A stretch of 64,000 nucleotides of DNA from Selaginella moellendorffii (GCF_000143415.4 NW_003314317.1:1231150-1295149), one strand, 5' to 3'; shown: positions 1 to 11,081, counted from the stretch's first letter. Program-made: numbers and translations. The notes: a model not told the origin generated them from the letters alone.

Positions 1-482
1 ATGAATGAAACATAAGGAAGTATGAGACAAGGGGGAGAAACCTCAAAGTCACACTTGGCATGATTGTGCTGCAACCAATCCATACCAAGAATGAGGTCAA
101 AAGCTTGACTCGGCACCACCCGCAACGACTGCAACTCAAGCTCGAGATCGCCCACACGCACAACCAAATCTGCCTCATCTCGTGCACATGCATGTGTACG
201 GCCGTTGCCATAAAGAATGAAAACTGGATCTGCCGCACGACGCAAGTGTAGACGACAACGTGTGGCAACAGGTCGAGCAATAGAAGATAAACTCGAACCT
301 GTATTAACCAACACGGAGAGAAGAATAGGAGACCTCTTGTTATAAAAACGAGCTTGGAAAGTAAACACTGGATGAACCGGTGCCGAGTGAACCCCTTGAT
401 GATACTTCCGAAAGAAAGATGGAGGGGTCACTAACTTATTCGCGCAAGGTCCCTCCATTACTCGCGCGACTCCTCGTTTCCC
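1..482 (-). CDS. pol: Pol N-terminus (aspartic protease) in the -1 frame relative to gag, partial
   Basis: The -1 frame is open from the slippery site to the window edge. It translates VLVNTGSS (the D-T-G position reads N, 303-305) and FDLILGMDWL (D at 96-98). Confidence 0.8.
419..482 (-). promoter_or_regulatory. -1 programmed ribosomal frameshift signal (slippery heptamer plus H-type pseudoknot)
   Basis: G GGA AAC in the gag frame (476-482), 6-nt spacer, stem1 UCGCGCGAG/CUUGCGCGA, and loop AUGGAGGG pairing with downstream CCCUCCAU. Confidence 0.85.
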
Positions 483-1390
483 GAATGCACCTCAGTATCC
501 AAACCTTCCACCACAACAGCACCAACGGGACGTTGCTGACGCCAAGGTCTCCACCCAGGAAATGGAGGTCGCCAATCCGGAAAGCGCCGACAACGCCGAT
601 AAGTATGACCAACTTCATCACACGCCCAGCAACGAACGTCACGGCCACGACCACGTCCTCGCCCTTGTCCTTGGACTCGAGTAGCAGCAGCATCAACCTC
701 CACGGGAACAGGACCATCACTCATAGGAAGTGGAGTTGAAGGACGTGTAGCAAGAAGTGGAAGAGGCGACGTCTCATAATGTTGTGCCAAGCGAAGAGCA
801 TCGTCAAGAGTGGCAGGAGCAAGTGCATGCACAAGTCCAACAAGATCTTGACGAAGTGCTGGCCACAGCATTCCTAGCTTGATCCGCTCCGACATATTTG
901 GCTCCGCACGAAGCAAAAGACTTCGGAAACGAACGCCAAATTGCATCACTGACTCAGATGGCCCTTGGCGAAGACGATGCAATTGTTGGAAGGCATCATC
1001 ACAATCGTCGGCATGTCCGAAGGCGCGTTTGAAGACGTCCGGAAGAACACTCCAATCGCCACGAGTAGCTGCACTCAATCCATTGTACCACTGCAATGCC
1101 GTCCCTTGGAGACATGTGGGGAACTCACGCAAACGTCGAGCATCATCCCAAGAATGATATGTGGCGATCACCGTGAAGTGATCGAACCAATGGTACACAT
1201 CATCCCCAGGATTCCCACGAAAGAACTCCGGCCGAACGCGAGGATTGGCACCAAAAGCAGGAGGAGTTGTACCATATGCCGTAAATGCCACCATCAACTG
1301 AGTTTGGTTGTTCAATTGCAAGCGCATAACATCAAGCAATTGAACCAACTGCTGCTCTAGAGTCAAAGGAGGAGATTGCGGATCGGCCAT
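458..1390 (-). CDS. gag: Retrotransposon Gag (capsid-like domain plus CCHC zinc knuckle)
   Basis: ORF 458..1465 with likely ATG at 1390 (MADPQ). Motifs: PEFFRG..W, LQGTALQWY, LRQG..ESV, and CWACDEVGHTYRRC. Confidence 0.92.
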   Translation of the reverse strand: MADPQSPPLTLEQQLVQLLDVMRLQLNNQTQLMVAFTAYGTTPPAFGANPRVRPEFFRGNPGDDVYHWFDHFTVIATYHSWDDARRLREFPTCLQGTALQWYNGLSAATRGDWSVLPDVFKRAFGHADDCDDAFQQLHRLRQGPSESVMQFGVRFRSLLLRAEPNMSERIKLGMLWPALRQDLVGLVHALAPATLDDALRLAQHYETSPLPLLATRPSTPLPMSDGPVPVEVDAAATRVQGQGRGRGRGRDVRCWACDEVGHTYRRCRRFPDWRPPFPGWRPWRQQRPVGAVVVEGLDTEVHSGNEESRE

Positions 1391-1625
1391 GAAAATGAAT
1401 GAAAAAAGAAAGAGCAAAAGAAGAGAAATGACAAAAAGCTGGAAAGAAATGGTAGATCTAGACAATGCAAAAAGCTAGATCTAAACCAAAATCCTGAAAG
1501 GAAAAAACAAATGAAAGGAAATGAAAAAAGCTAGATCTAGACAATGCAAAAGCTAGATCTAAACCGAAATCCCAAATCCAAGCACTCCCCAAGGACAATC
1601 AAAAGTGCCCCTCACATTGGTGGTG

Positions 1626-1641
1626 CCCCTCACTTCCACCA
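1626..1641 (-). promoter_or_regulatory. Primer-binding site, tRNA-Ala-like
   Basis: Minus-strand TGGTGGAAGTGAGGGG lies 1 nt after the LTR end. It resembles the complement of the plant tRNA-Ala 3' end as I recall it (TGGTGGAGATGCGGGG). Confidence 0.6.
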
Positions 1642-1642
1642 A

Positions 1643-1816
1643 TGTGAGTGCATGGAATATGGAAAGGGAATATAGAAATATGCATATCAATTAGCCCAAA
1701 AACCCTAGTTTATATACAAAAGCGAGTGGTCCGGATTGAAATCAATCCGATGGCTACCAAAATCCACTACGCTAATATTAGTATACGGCATCATAGCCGT
1801 ACACTTGGCCCTCACA
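1643..1816 (-). repeat. 5' LTR (174 bp) of the gypsy element
   Basis: On the minus strand it begins TGTGAGGGCC (1816) and ends CACTCACA (1643), directly before the PBS. Confidence 0.75.
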
Positions 1817-1938
1817 ACACAAATTTATAGATATTTAATTATTATTTAAAGTAATTTCTTATTTTAATTGCATTAACATTGGCAATATATACCAAAGCTT
1901 TCGTTTGAAATAAATACATGTAGATACAGAATGATTAT

Positions 1939-2783
1939 TCAGTGAATGAACAGGCTATAAAGTTTTACACCCTCTGTTCTTTTCCCACTCTTTGGTTGGA
2001 TGATAATTTAACGAGCGGAGTTCTCCTTCGGCCCTTGCAAGCTTCGTTCTATTGCTGTTCTGTACAGTGAAAAGCTCGAGGAATGTCAAAAGCCAGTCTC
2101 TACACATGAAAACTTACAAGATTCCTTTGCAGCCTCTGCATTTGTTCCCTGCAAACTTTAACCTCCATTTCGAGATTGTGCCTGTGACTGTCTGGATCCA
2201 CCAATTGCTGCTGCTGTATCACTTGCTGGTGTCGAGTTCTTACCGCTTGCGGTTGCCAGATTTGAAGAGCAGTCGAGGCTTGCCTGCACTGACATAAGTG
2301 GTCTTTCTTTCTCAATCCAAAGCCATTACCTTGCATTGTCTGCTCTGATTAGTTCTCTACTTGCTAATGCCACTCTCCTCTTCTCAAGCACAAAATCTCG
2401 TGCCAAAGTCTTGGACTCCCTCTGGAGCAGCAAGATCTGGCTCTGGATCCTCAGCATACGCCGGTTATAATCGTTCTGTCTGGAGAGTTTGATCCTTCCA
2501 TACCTGGAGAAGGAAAAATGAAAATTTTCTCAAGAACTAGGCTAGGAGAACCTCACCTTGTTGCAAATCGCCTCTTCCACGCCACCGCTGTCTCTCCTTC
2601 TGTCATGCTACTGCTGCTGCCCAGCTCCTGGTCCCAAAGCAGCCTCCAAATGCAATCCAATTCACTCACGCGTCGCAACGCCCGGCACGCCATCGAGATC
2701 AAACACACATCCCTGTAATCCAACCGCGATCGCTCCACGGCGCCAAGGATCACTCGCTGCCACAGCTCGTCTGGAAGATCCAT
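1939..2783 (-). CDS. F-box protein, SKIP24-like (exons 2783-2557, 2503-2330, 2283-2118, 2059-1939)
   Basis: N-terminal F-box (LPDELWQRVI...LDYRDVCLISMACRALRR), then RQASTALQIWQPQAVR and LNYHP motifs. GT-AG splicing gives an open frame. Confidence 0.85.
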
Positions 2784-2940
2784 AATCGAAGAGCCCTAAC
2801 ATTTCGAAGGGTTAAAAAAGTGCCAAGGGGAAAAGGATCTTTTAGGGTTTAAAGAAAATTAACGCGGAATTTTTAGGGTTTTGGGAAATGGCGATAGATG
2901 GAGGGTGGTGGAGCGGCTGATTTGCGTGTAGCGATTATTT

Positions 2941-4512
2941 TGTGCGGAATTCAAGGAAGAGTGGCTGACGTCCAATCCACCTACAGGGCGGGCAAAGAAG
3001 GATCTTGAGGAGGAGTTGGAAATTGCTGGCAATCTCAAGATATTTCTCAGGTTTGCTGTCCAGCCTGGGGAGGGCACTTACCGCTTTCGAACCAACACAG
3101 TCGGGCAGCCGGACCTGTTTGTCAAGGGCGCAACAGATCGGCCTCTCATCGTTGGGATTGTCGACTTCCATCATGCTGTAGAAGAAGCTGTAATGTCTGT
3201 CTTGTGGTTTCCTTGTTCATGAACTCATCCAAAGTGTTACAGGAGGCTTTTCACGTACATGATGATCACCGGTGCTTGTTTTGGTGTGGTCGTGGATGCT
3301 GGATCCATCCAGTATGCCAAGATGAGTCAAGGAGACACGCTCCAACTTTACCTGTTCGCTCCGGTTACTGCATGGTCGGCACTCGGTTTTCTGCTTCAGC
3401 TCGCAAGAGACGAACCTGAACCTCCACAGCAGTCGATTGGTGATTACTCGCTAAGCTTATCCAAGCTCACACCCAGGGATTCTCGTGTGGTGGAAAGCTT
3501 CAAGTCCATAGCCAAACAGCACAGGTCATATCATTCAATCGTTCAAGACATGGAGAATCTCAGCTTTGAAAACTTGGAGGATGTCTCTTGCAAGTGGCTG
3601 AGAGACGCTAAGTCATCCGTCGTCTCCGCCAAGTACAAGCAGCAGCAGGTGCGGGACTTGACTACTCCCTGGCTTCTGGACGTGGAGACGTACCTCCGGA
3701 AGGTCATCACCGAGGTGGACGCGAACAAGACGCTCCACACACTGCAGGGCGTGCAGATACCACGCCTAGTCTCGTGGGGCTTCTTGTGTGGGACAATGTT
3801 CGCCTACGTGATGACCAGCGACGAAGGTTGGCCTCTGAGTAGCTACTTGACGTTTAGCGTGCGAGACATACAAGCAGCACTTGCTCCTGCCTATGAGGCT
3901 CTTGCCAGGATTCACGCCAGGGGTCTCATCCACGGGGACTTGACTCCTCCTCAGAAGAGGAAGCAGCAGCAGCCGGTTAAGGTCATTGGCTTCTCCTCTG
4001 CTTCCTACGTCAGCCCCAAGGAGATCCATGTTGCTGCAGGGAGGGAGATGGCTAAGTTTCATCAATGTTTTGAGGAGGTCTTCGAGTTCGTTCGGGTGGA
4101 GGAGGGCATGGCAGTGGATCGCTTCCTCCTTGCTTTGCAGAAAAGCTCGTCGATTGTCCACAAGTTCCCCAAGATTCGAGATCTTCTCAACGCGTACGTG
4201 TATGTTCCAATCGTAGGTACATGTGTGCTTGGTCAACCTGCAAGGAGATGACGACGAGTCGTTATCCAAGACGGGGCATCTGAAGCGTCTGCTTTGTAAG
4301 CTCACGTCTCTCCTGCCGTGTTCATTCTTTTTGATCCGTGTTTTCAGGTTGTCTCACGACTTCAAAGAGTACACATGCTGCTCGATGCGTTGACGGCTCT
4401 GGTCGACAACCCGAAACTCCTTGAAGAGGAGCTTCGCTTCGATGGGCTCATGAGGTTCCTGGCAGATGAAGAAAAGAAACATAAAGGCGCCAGCCTACCC
4501 GCCCTTGCATAA
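2941..4512 (+). CDS. Crinkler-like protein, copy 1: putative PD-(D/E)xK-like region plus protein-kinase-like domain; start uncertain
   Basis: Contains QPDLFV, a 45-bp intron at 3190-3234, CYRRLFTYMMITGACFGVVVD, and kinase-like LQGVQIPRLVSWG...LARIHARGLIHGDL. Paralogues lie at 51.5-52.2 kb and 55-56.6 kb. Confidence 0.6.
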
Positions 4513-4603
4513 TACATGAGCCATTCTAGCAAAATCGCATATCAATCAAGTTCCTCACTGTCCTAACAGATGTTTTTTTATTCTTCACCATTTGTTGTTT
4601 GCA

Positions 4604-4945
4604 ATGGCCACCGCTTGCTGCTACCACGCCCACCTGCGGCTCCACTGCGCGGTGTGCTTGTGGGAATCCATGCCCATGGATCTTGATTGATCGACAAATC
4701 CTTGGATCACGGATGTGCAGCAATTGGTGCTGCTGCACGAAGGTAAGCTTATGTTTTCCTATCGATTAAATGCTGGTTTGCCAACTCCTTTGATCCTGTG
4801 CTAGTGGCCACGACGGAGTTTTCTGCGAATGCGATGGGAACTGCAAGTGTGAGACATGCACCTGTGGCCTCAGGCGAGCCCTTCTGCAAGTGCGGCCGGA
4901 CGTGCAGCTGCGAGACTTTGCTTTTGCCCCAAGCCAGTGCAAGGT
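4604..4945 (+). pseudogene. Metallothionein-like (Cys-rich) gene remnant
   Basis: Removing one T after MATA gives ...TPTCGSTARCACGNPCP...CSNWCCCTK, then a GTAAG donor (~4743), and a second exon ending GEPFCKCGRTCSCET. Confidence 0.45.
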
Positions 4946-5373
4946 TGATGGACTCAACAGGGATTTTTTTTGCAATTTTTTGCCGAACAATATTTTGCAA
5001 GTTTTGCTTTGAGAAATAAATCCCTGACCATAGTTTTATAATTTCAATGCTTTAGATCCTCGATCTTTTGATGAAGAACTGGAACAACGCTCGCTTGTTG
5101 TCATCCAGCTTTCTATACTTCTAAAATCTCTTCCAACGAGGAGATCTTCCATTACCATCATCACGTCCGAAAATCAAAACTCTGTCCGAAAAAGAGAGAC
5201 ATTTTCTCTTCTCTATGGCCTGTGACTATTGGCAAAGAAACGGCAAAGAAGCTGGTCCAGAGTGCTCACCAAGAGGAAGCCATGTTTTCTTGTGAGGCTA
5301 AGCGTTTTTTAAAAATCACTCCATAGTAACATTGTGTGTACTTTTATCCTTAACATTTGGAACCAAGTTTTTT

Positions 5374-5946
5374 TCATTCCAGCAATCCATAAACCAACAC
5401 TTTTGATTCCTCCTCCCAAGGTATTTCCACTTCTATTGTCCGTTGCCTATGTGGCCGGCCACTGGGCAGTCTATCTGGACGTTGTTTCGGGCCTGGATAT
5501 GGAATTGACTCTTCCCATCCCTCCATTCCTGGAACTATCCACAACTCATTTTCCTGTCGACTATCCAAGTATTGGAAGATTTCAGGCTCCATGCCTGGAA
5601 ATAGCAATTTGTTAACATCTTCCCAAATGTAAGGATGCTCCTTTGGGTGTTGATCAACTCTGTAGATACTAAATCTCACCTCCTCCACCTTGTCAAACAC
5701 GCCTGCCAGCCACAAAATCCTCAAAGAGCACAACATTTGCAAGGTGTCTTCATCCATGCCAGTCTCCCAACGCTGGATTTCAAAGTTGTAGCCCCTCCAG
5801 TTCGTCTCCATGGTGATGGCAAGGGCGCGTTCGTTTTTGTGGTAGTGTATCCGTCCCCACAGTGCCACAAACTTTTCAACTATCAAATCTTGAGCTTCAG
5901 CCGGGAGGCTTGAGAGATGCTCAATAAACGTTTTTTCGCTGTCCAT
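5374..5946 (-). CDS. Hypothetical protein, 190 aa, intronless
   Basis: ATG-initiated ORF with protein-like composition and an upstream AAACCTAAACC telobox-like motif. No family recognised. Confidence 0.4.
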   Translation of the reverse strand: MDSEKTFIEHLSSLPAEAQDLIVEKFVALWGRIHYHKNERALAITMETNWRGYNFEIQRWETGMDEDTLQMLCSLRILWLAGVFDKVEEVRFSIYRVDQHPKEHPYIWEDVNKLLFPGMEPEIFQYLDSRQENELWIVPGMEGWEESIPYPGPKQRPDRLPSGRPHRQRTIEVEIPWEEESKVLVYGLLE

Positions 5947-6399
5947 TGAAATTAATAAAACCTAAACCTTATGAGCATTTAAATAGCGTAAAGGCTTAGC
6001 AAAAGGTGACATAACTAATATCCCTTTTTACATTGTTAAGTAAGTAATAATATACAGGAGGGTGCGATGGAAGAAGACATCGATCCCAATTTCAAAATTT
6101 GTTGCTCGGAGCCATAACGCTTCAGGAACTTCCCTCCACTGTGCAACCTCAGCATCATTGGAAAGCACCTTGGACTTAGGAAGAGGTGACACGTACAAGT
6201 TTATGCCAAAGTAGTCACTTCAGAGCCAAGTTAAAACCTCCTGAGCTTGGGCTCCAGAAGGAACCAGACGTGGCGCGGAACGATCTGGTTGAGGATCATG
6301 ATGGAGCCCACGAGAGATCCGGATGCGATACCATCGCCATCTTGCTCGGCTGCTGCTGCGAGAATGAGAGTAACACTGCGTCGCTCTTATTCTGGTGTT

Positions 6400-7620
6400 G
6401 GCGTGAAGATGAAGCCACAACGAAGCTAGCTCCCGCGTATTTTCTAGTAGAGAAAATCTCGTGACTGCCAAGCTCACGACGCTCAAAGAACTGTGTCATC
6501 CAAGGGGTGGGAGATGGAGCTCTCGATCCCCGAGTACGTCCGCAACAACACCCAAACACGATCCACTGGCAAGCCGAATCGCAACCTCACCAGGGGCGAG
6601 CCATTAGAGGACAAGTGCAAAGGCGTCACATTCTCCTGGATCTTCAACGTCACGGAGCCCTCCAGCAGTGGACGCTTCAGCTATTTCGATCGAAGCGGAG
6701 GAACACACCGAGAGTACGTTGTCCAACCAAGTTCACAGGAGGCACAAGTATATACTCTTGCCGGAGTACATGAGGGAAGTCATCAAGCTCGGCGAGAGTT
6801 TGAAGCGACAGAACCAAGACCGGCAGCTCTACGGGGTTATATGGACGCCACGAGCCTGGCGCTGGATCCCGAGCTCAAAAACAAGATCATCTAGGACCTG
6901 AAGTCGTTCATGGCTAGCAAGAAGTTCTTTAGCAGAGTAGGGAGAGCTTGGAAGCGCAGGTATATCTTGTATGGGCCTCCGGGGACGGGGAAGTCGTCAC
7001 TCATCGCGGCCATAGCGAACTACACGCAGTACGATGTCTACGATATGAAGCTGACTGAGGTAAAGAGCAATGCCGACTTGAGGAAGCTGTTCATGGGGAT
7101 TTCCAACAAGGCGATCATCGTGACCGAGGACATCGACTGCTCTCTGGAGCTCAAGAAGAGGGGGAAGCCAGCGCCACCATAGGAAGAAACCAAGAAGAAA
7201 GATAGAGAGCCCAAGAAAAAAGTTAAGAAAAGAGCAGCAGGGTCACACTGTCGGGGTTACTAAATTCCATCGATGGGCTGTGGTCTTGTAGCGGGAGCGA
7301 GAGGATCATCATCTTCACGACGAACCACAAAGAGGATTTGGATCCCGCACTGCTGAGGTCGGGCAGGATGGACCTCCACATTTTCATGGATTCGAGGCGT
7401 TCAAGGTGCTTGCATGTAAGGTCTCGCAGTTTGAGGAAAAGTTTGGAGAGATCGAAGAGCTGATCGTCAAGGTTGATATCACTCCTGCTGACATCACCGA
7501 GGTGTTGATCCAGCGCAGGGGGGACTCTCTAAAGAAAGTGATTGAGGCACTGTAGGATCGAAAGGAGCAGGCTGCAAAGAAAGAGCTGCGACACAAAAGT
7601 CGCAAGCTCGCTTGTTGGAG
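6400..7620 (+). pseudogene. BCS1-like plant AAA-ATPase pseudogene
   Basis: Motifs: AWKRRYILYGPPGTGKSSLIAA (Walker A), TEDIDC (Walker B), VTLSGLLNSIDGLWS and IFTTNHKEDLDPALLRSGRMD. It has in-frame stops (6892-6894, 7180-7182) and frameshifts. Confidence 0.9.
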
Positions 7621-7723
7621 CGCAGACCATTTTTGAGCTCGTGTCAATGAAAGTCAACCCTAACATTTCAAAGCGTTAAAAGTGCCAAAGGGGAAAAAGA
7701 TTTTAGGGTTTAAAGACACCACC

Positions 7724-9004
7724 ATGGCTGTGGAGGACTACGCTGCTAGTCTCGACTCGATCCAGGCAGCTAGGAATCGCATCCAGGGCCAAATCCGCGT
7801 GACTCAGGTGATTACGTCGTCGTCGCTCGATGCGCTCGCCGGAAGGAGCTTGTTCTTCAAATGCGAGCTATTCCAACGCGGGTAAAATCCTTTCTTTCGT
7901 TTTTCCAGTGTAGAGTTCTCCTCTTCGTTCTTCCTCCAGTGGCGCATTTAAGATCAGAGGCGCCTCCAATGCGATCTTCTCTCTCTCGGACGAGCAAGCC
8001 GAGAGAGGAGTCGTGACGCACAGCAGGTAAGAAGATCGAGCTTCCATTCCTTGTCGATGTTCTTTTAGTTTTTGTTCTTGAGTGTTTCTAGATCGTTGCA
8101 GTGGCAACCACGCGGCGGCGGTTGCTCTGGCGGCCAAGCTACGAGGAATTCCAGCGCACATCGTCGTGCCTCGAAATGCTCCAAAGTGTAAAGTCGAGAA
8201 TGTGGAGCGCTATGGAGGGAAGATCTCGTGGTGCGATCCAAGCGTTGAGTCGAGAGAGGCCGTGTGTGCCTCCGTGAAGAGCAAAACCAATGCGGTTCTC
8301 GTCCATCCTTTCAACGATCCACAAGTTATCAGGTGTGAGTTTGACAATCTTCTTTCTCGCTGATGTTCTTGGAGTTTTCTTTTCCAGTGGTCAAGGCACT
8401 GTTGCTCTCGAGTTTCTTGAGCAAGTTCCGCAGCTCGATGTGATCATCGCTCCGATAAGTGGTAATGAACCTTGTTTTTTCTTCTTTGAGCCAGCTTAAA
8501 TGTTCCATCTTTCGTTTGAAGGTGGTGGCTTGATATCTGGTATTTCCATCGCTGCAAAAGCGATCAAGCCCGAGATTAAAATTATCGCCGCCGAGCCAAC
8601 CGGTGCTGATGATGCCGCGCGTTCCAAAGCAGCCAATTCAGTGCAGACGAACAAACAGACTTGCACCATAGCAGATGGACTGCGAGCATCGCTTGGATCT
8701 CTCACTTGGTATTTCAGTTACGTGATATCTTTCCAGGTCTAAAAATGCTTCCTTTAGGCCCATCGTTCGTGATTTTGTGGATGAAGTCGTGACCGTCGAC
8801 GACTCCGCAATCCTCGAAGCAATGAAGATGTGCTACGAGAGGCTCAAAGTTGTAGTGGAGCCGAGCGGAGCCATCGGTCTAGCGGTGGCTTTGTCTGATA
8901 AGTTTCGCTCGAATCCGGCTGTCAAGCATTGCACCAACGTTGGGATCGTTCTTTCCGGTGGAAACTGTGATCTCACAGGACTTTGGGAGTCCCTTCCCAA
9001 CTAG
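7724..9004 (+). CDS. SR: Serine racemase (PLP-dependent), multi-exon
   Basis: Motifs: LFFKCELFQRGGAFKIRGASNA, SSGNHAAAVALAA, HPFND, GQGTVALEFLEQ, GGGLISG, TIADGL, VVEPSGAIGLA and LSGGN, split by short GT-AG introns. Confidence 0.95.
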
Positions 9005-9195
9005 ACCAAGTTCTCTATTCCAATGTAAGGCTTTTCAATGTTTTGTTTTCATTCCTGACGTGTTCCTCTTTCTCTTCCACTTTAAGTATGGCGTGGAATC
9101 TTGGGCAAGGCAGAGTACAAGTCACGTATGACAACTTCGATGAATTGGTAAGCACTCAGTGGTGTTTCCTGTCTGAAACTCTTTTGCCACCTAAC

Positions 9196-11081
9196 TTAGC
9201 TTTCGTGCTGTGACTTCAGAATTTCCATCATGTCATCCACGACCTTGCGTATTTGCTCGCGCGAGTGCAGCGGAGCAGGATAAACAACATTGCAGTGAAG
9301 GCAGCCGTCCCGGATGGAATCAAACAGTGCAAGCGAGGGTCCAACTCCGTGCACGGAAGCACAGCCGACGTAGTCCTCCAGACCAAGCGTGTGTTTCGTC
9401 TCCTCCTCCGACTCGTCAGCTATGACATCCTGGAAGACAACCATGAGAGACGTCCTCAAGGTCCCGGAAGGCGTGAGGTTCGGGTGCTGCAAGGCCTGGA
9501 ACATGAGATAGTTGATATCTCCCATGTCGGTGAAGTGCTTGCGGTTCTTTATGGCGTTGGAAAAAGAGTCGGAGCATCGCCTAGACAGGTCCCAGAAGCC
9601 CGTGTCTTGGTTCACGTGATGCGTGTTCAAGATGGCCGAATGGTAGAATCCTGGATGGATGGAGCAAAGCAGGCTTTTAGAAAGGAAAACGAAGTCACGG
9701 GAACAGGAAGTTTTGGTTTGACAACGTACCAGCAGTGGATCGTGAGAGCGAGTCAATGTGGTTGCGGCAGTCGACGAGGCCGATGATCGCAAAGTGCTCG
9801 GATCTATTGCCGAGCTGCTTGTAGATTGTGGTGGCCCTGAGCCCAGCAGCGACGAGAGCTCCAAACAGGTTGGTTTTCTCGAGAACACAGCGCTACAAGC
9901 ACAGAAAAACGACCCAGGAGTGAGAACAAGATGGAAAGAAGAAAGAGGCTGGGAAGAAATTATTGCCAGGACAAACGAGCTTGGAAGAAATGATAGAGCC
10001 AAAAAAAGCTTCGCAACTCAAGAGAAGAACACCCGAGCAAGCAACCAAAACTATGAAAAAAGTCAGGAGTGAAAACAAGATCGAAAAGGAAAGAAGCTCG
10101 GAAGTAACTATTGCCAGGAAGAAAACATCAACATCGTGGAGACGCGAATTATCTGAGACAAGTTTCGCAGAGGCAGCAAGAAGATCGTAGCTTCGAAGTC
10201 AAGGAAGGAATGATAGAACATGAAAGCATGGATTCAACTTCGCAACTCCAAGAGAACACCCAAGCAAAAAATACTATGAAAACAAAGAAGATCACAGCTG
10301 GGAAGAACTCGAAAAGGATGGAAGAAGATCATACCTTTGTGAGGCTCTTGGTGTGCTCCAAGCTGAGAGAAGCTCGGACGAGCTCCGTCCTCCTGGGCGC
10401 TTCAACGTTGTCAAAAGGAAGCAGTGCATGGCGCAGTGATCCCAGCGAGTAGCCCAGCAAATCCACGCCGTGAGCCCAAAAGGGCTTGTTCGCCTGGCCC
10501 CTGGGAATCGCGTCCTCGATCGAGACAAGCTCCTCCACTCCATCGCCATCTTTTCCTTCTTGCTCGTCATCACCCCTCAGGCGATGGAGGAATTCGGACA
10601 TGATCACCGCGGCCGCGGCTCTATCGCACGCCGCGGTGTGGACTCTGATGACAAAGAGAGATTTCTCGCCCAGGCGGTGGAGGCGAGCGAAGAACACCGG
10701 CACTGGCGCGTCGCGATCCGTCCAGGGATTGGAATTCATCTCGGATTCGATCGTCTGGAGCAGCCAATCTTCGCGATCGTCGTCGCCATGCGCTAGCTCC
10801 TGGATCGCTACAGTGGCATTGGCATTCACCTGGAAGGCGGGCTTGTCGGGCTCGATCCACACCAGCTGCGAGAGGAGGCGCGGATGCCTGGCCAGGACGG
10901 CGTCGAGCGCGCATTGGAAGACGCCCACATTCACGGATCGGCAGAACAAGAGGCCGAGGACTGTGATTCCAGTGCCGCTCTCCACCGCGCGGCACCAATT
11001 GTGCTCCGTGGCGCCCAGGATTCGATTGAAAGGACCTTCCTCCAGCCGAGGCGGTCGTGAGGAGCTCTCATCGTCCGCCAT
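9196..11081 (-). CDS. CoA-dependent acyltransferase/condensation-domain-like protein (exons 11081-10335, 9892-9730, 9650-9196)
   Basis: Motifs: RILGATEHNWCRAV..GTGITVL, HTAACDR (HxxxD-like), FYHSAILNTH and GCASVHGVGPS...VYPAPLHSREQ, typical of this conserved plant family. Confidence 0.85.

Larger units (their letters stand above)
1..1816 (-). mobile_element. Ty3/gypsy LTR retrotransposon, 5' portion (5' LTR, PBS, gag, protease; runs off the left edge)
   Basis: Short LTR 1643-1816 with TGTGAG...CTCACA termini, followed on the minus strand by a TGG-starting PBS, a gag ORF with a CCHC knuckle, and a protease frame ending in DLILGMDWL. Confidence 0.9.

Noticed and set aside
9893-10334. Unusually long intron possibly hosting a snoRNA or an extra exon
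   Set aside because: I found no convincing C/D or H/ACA boxes, and direct splicing keeps the frame.
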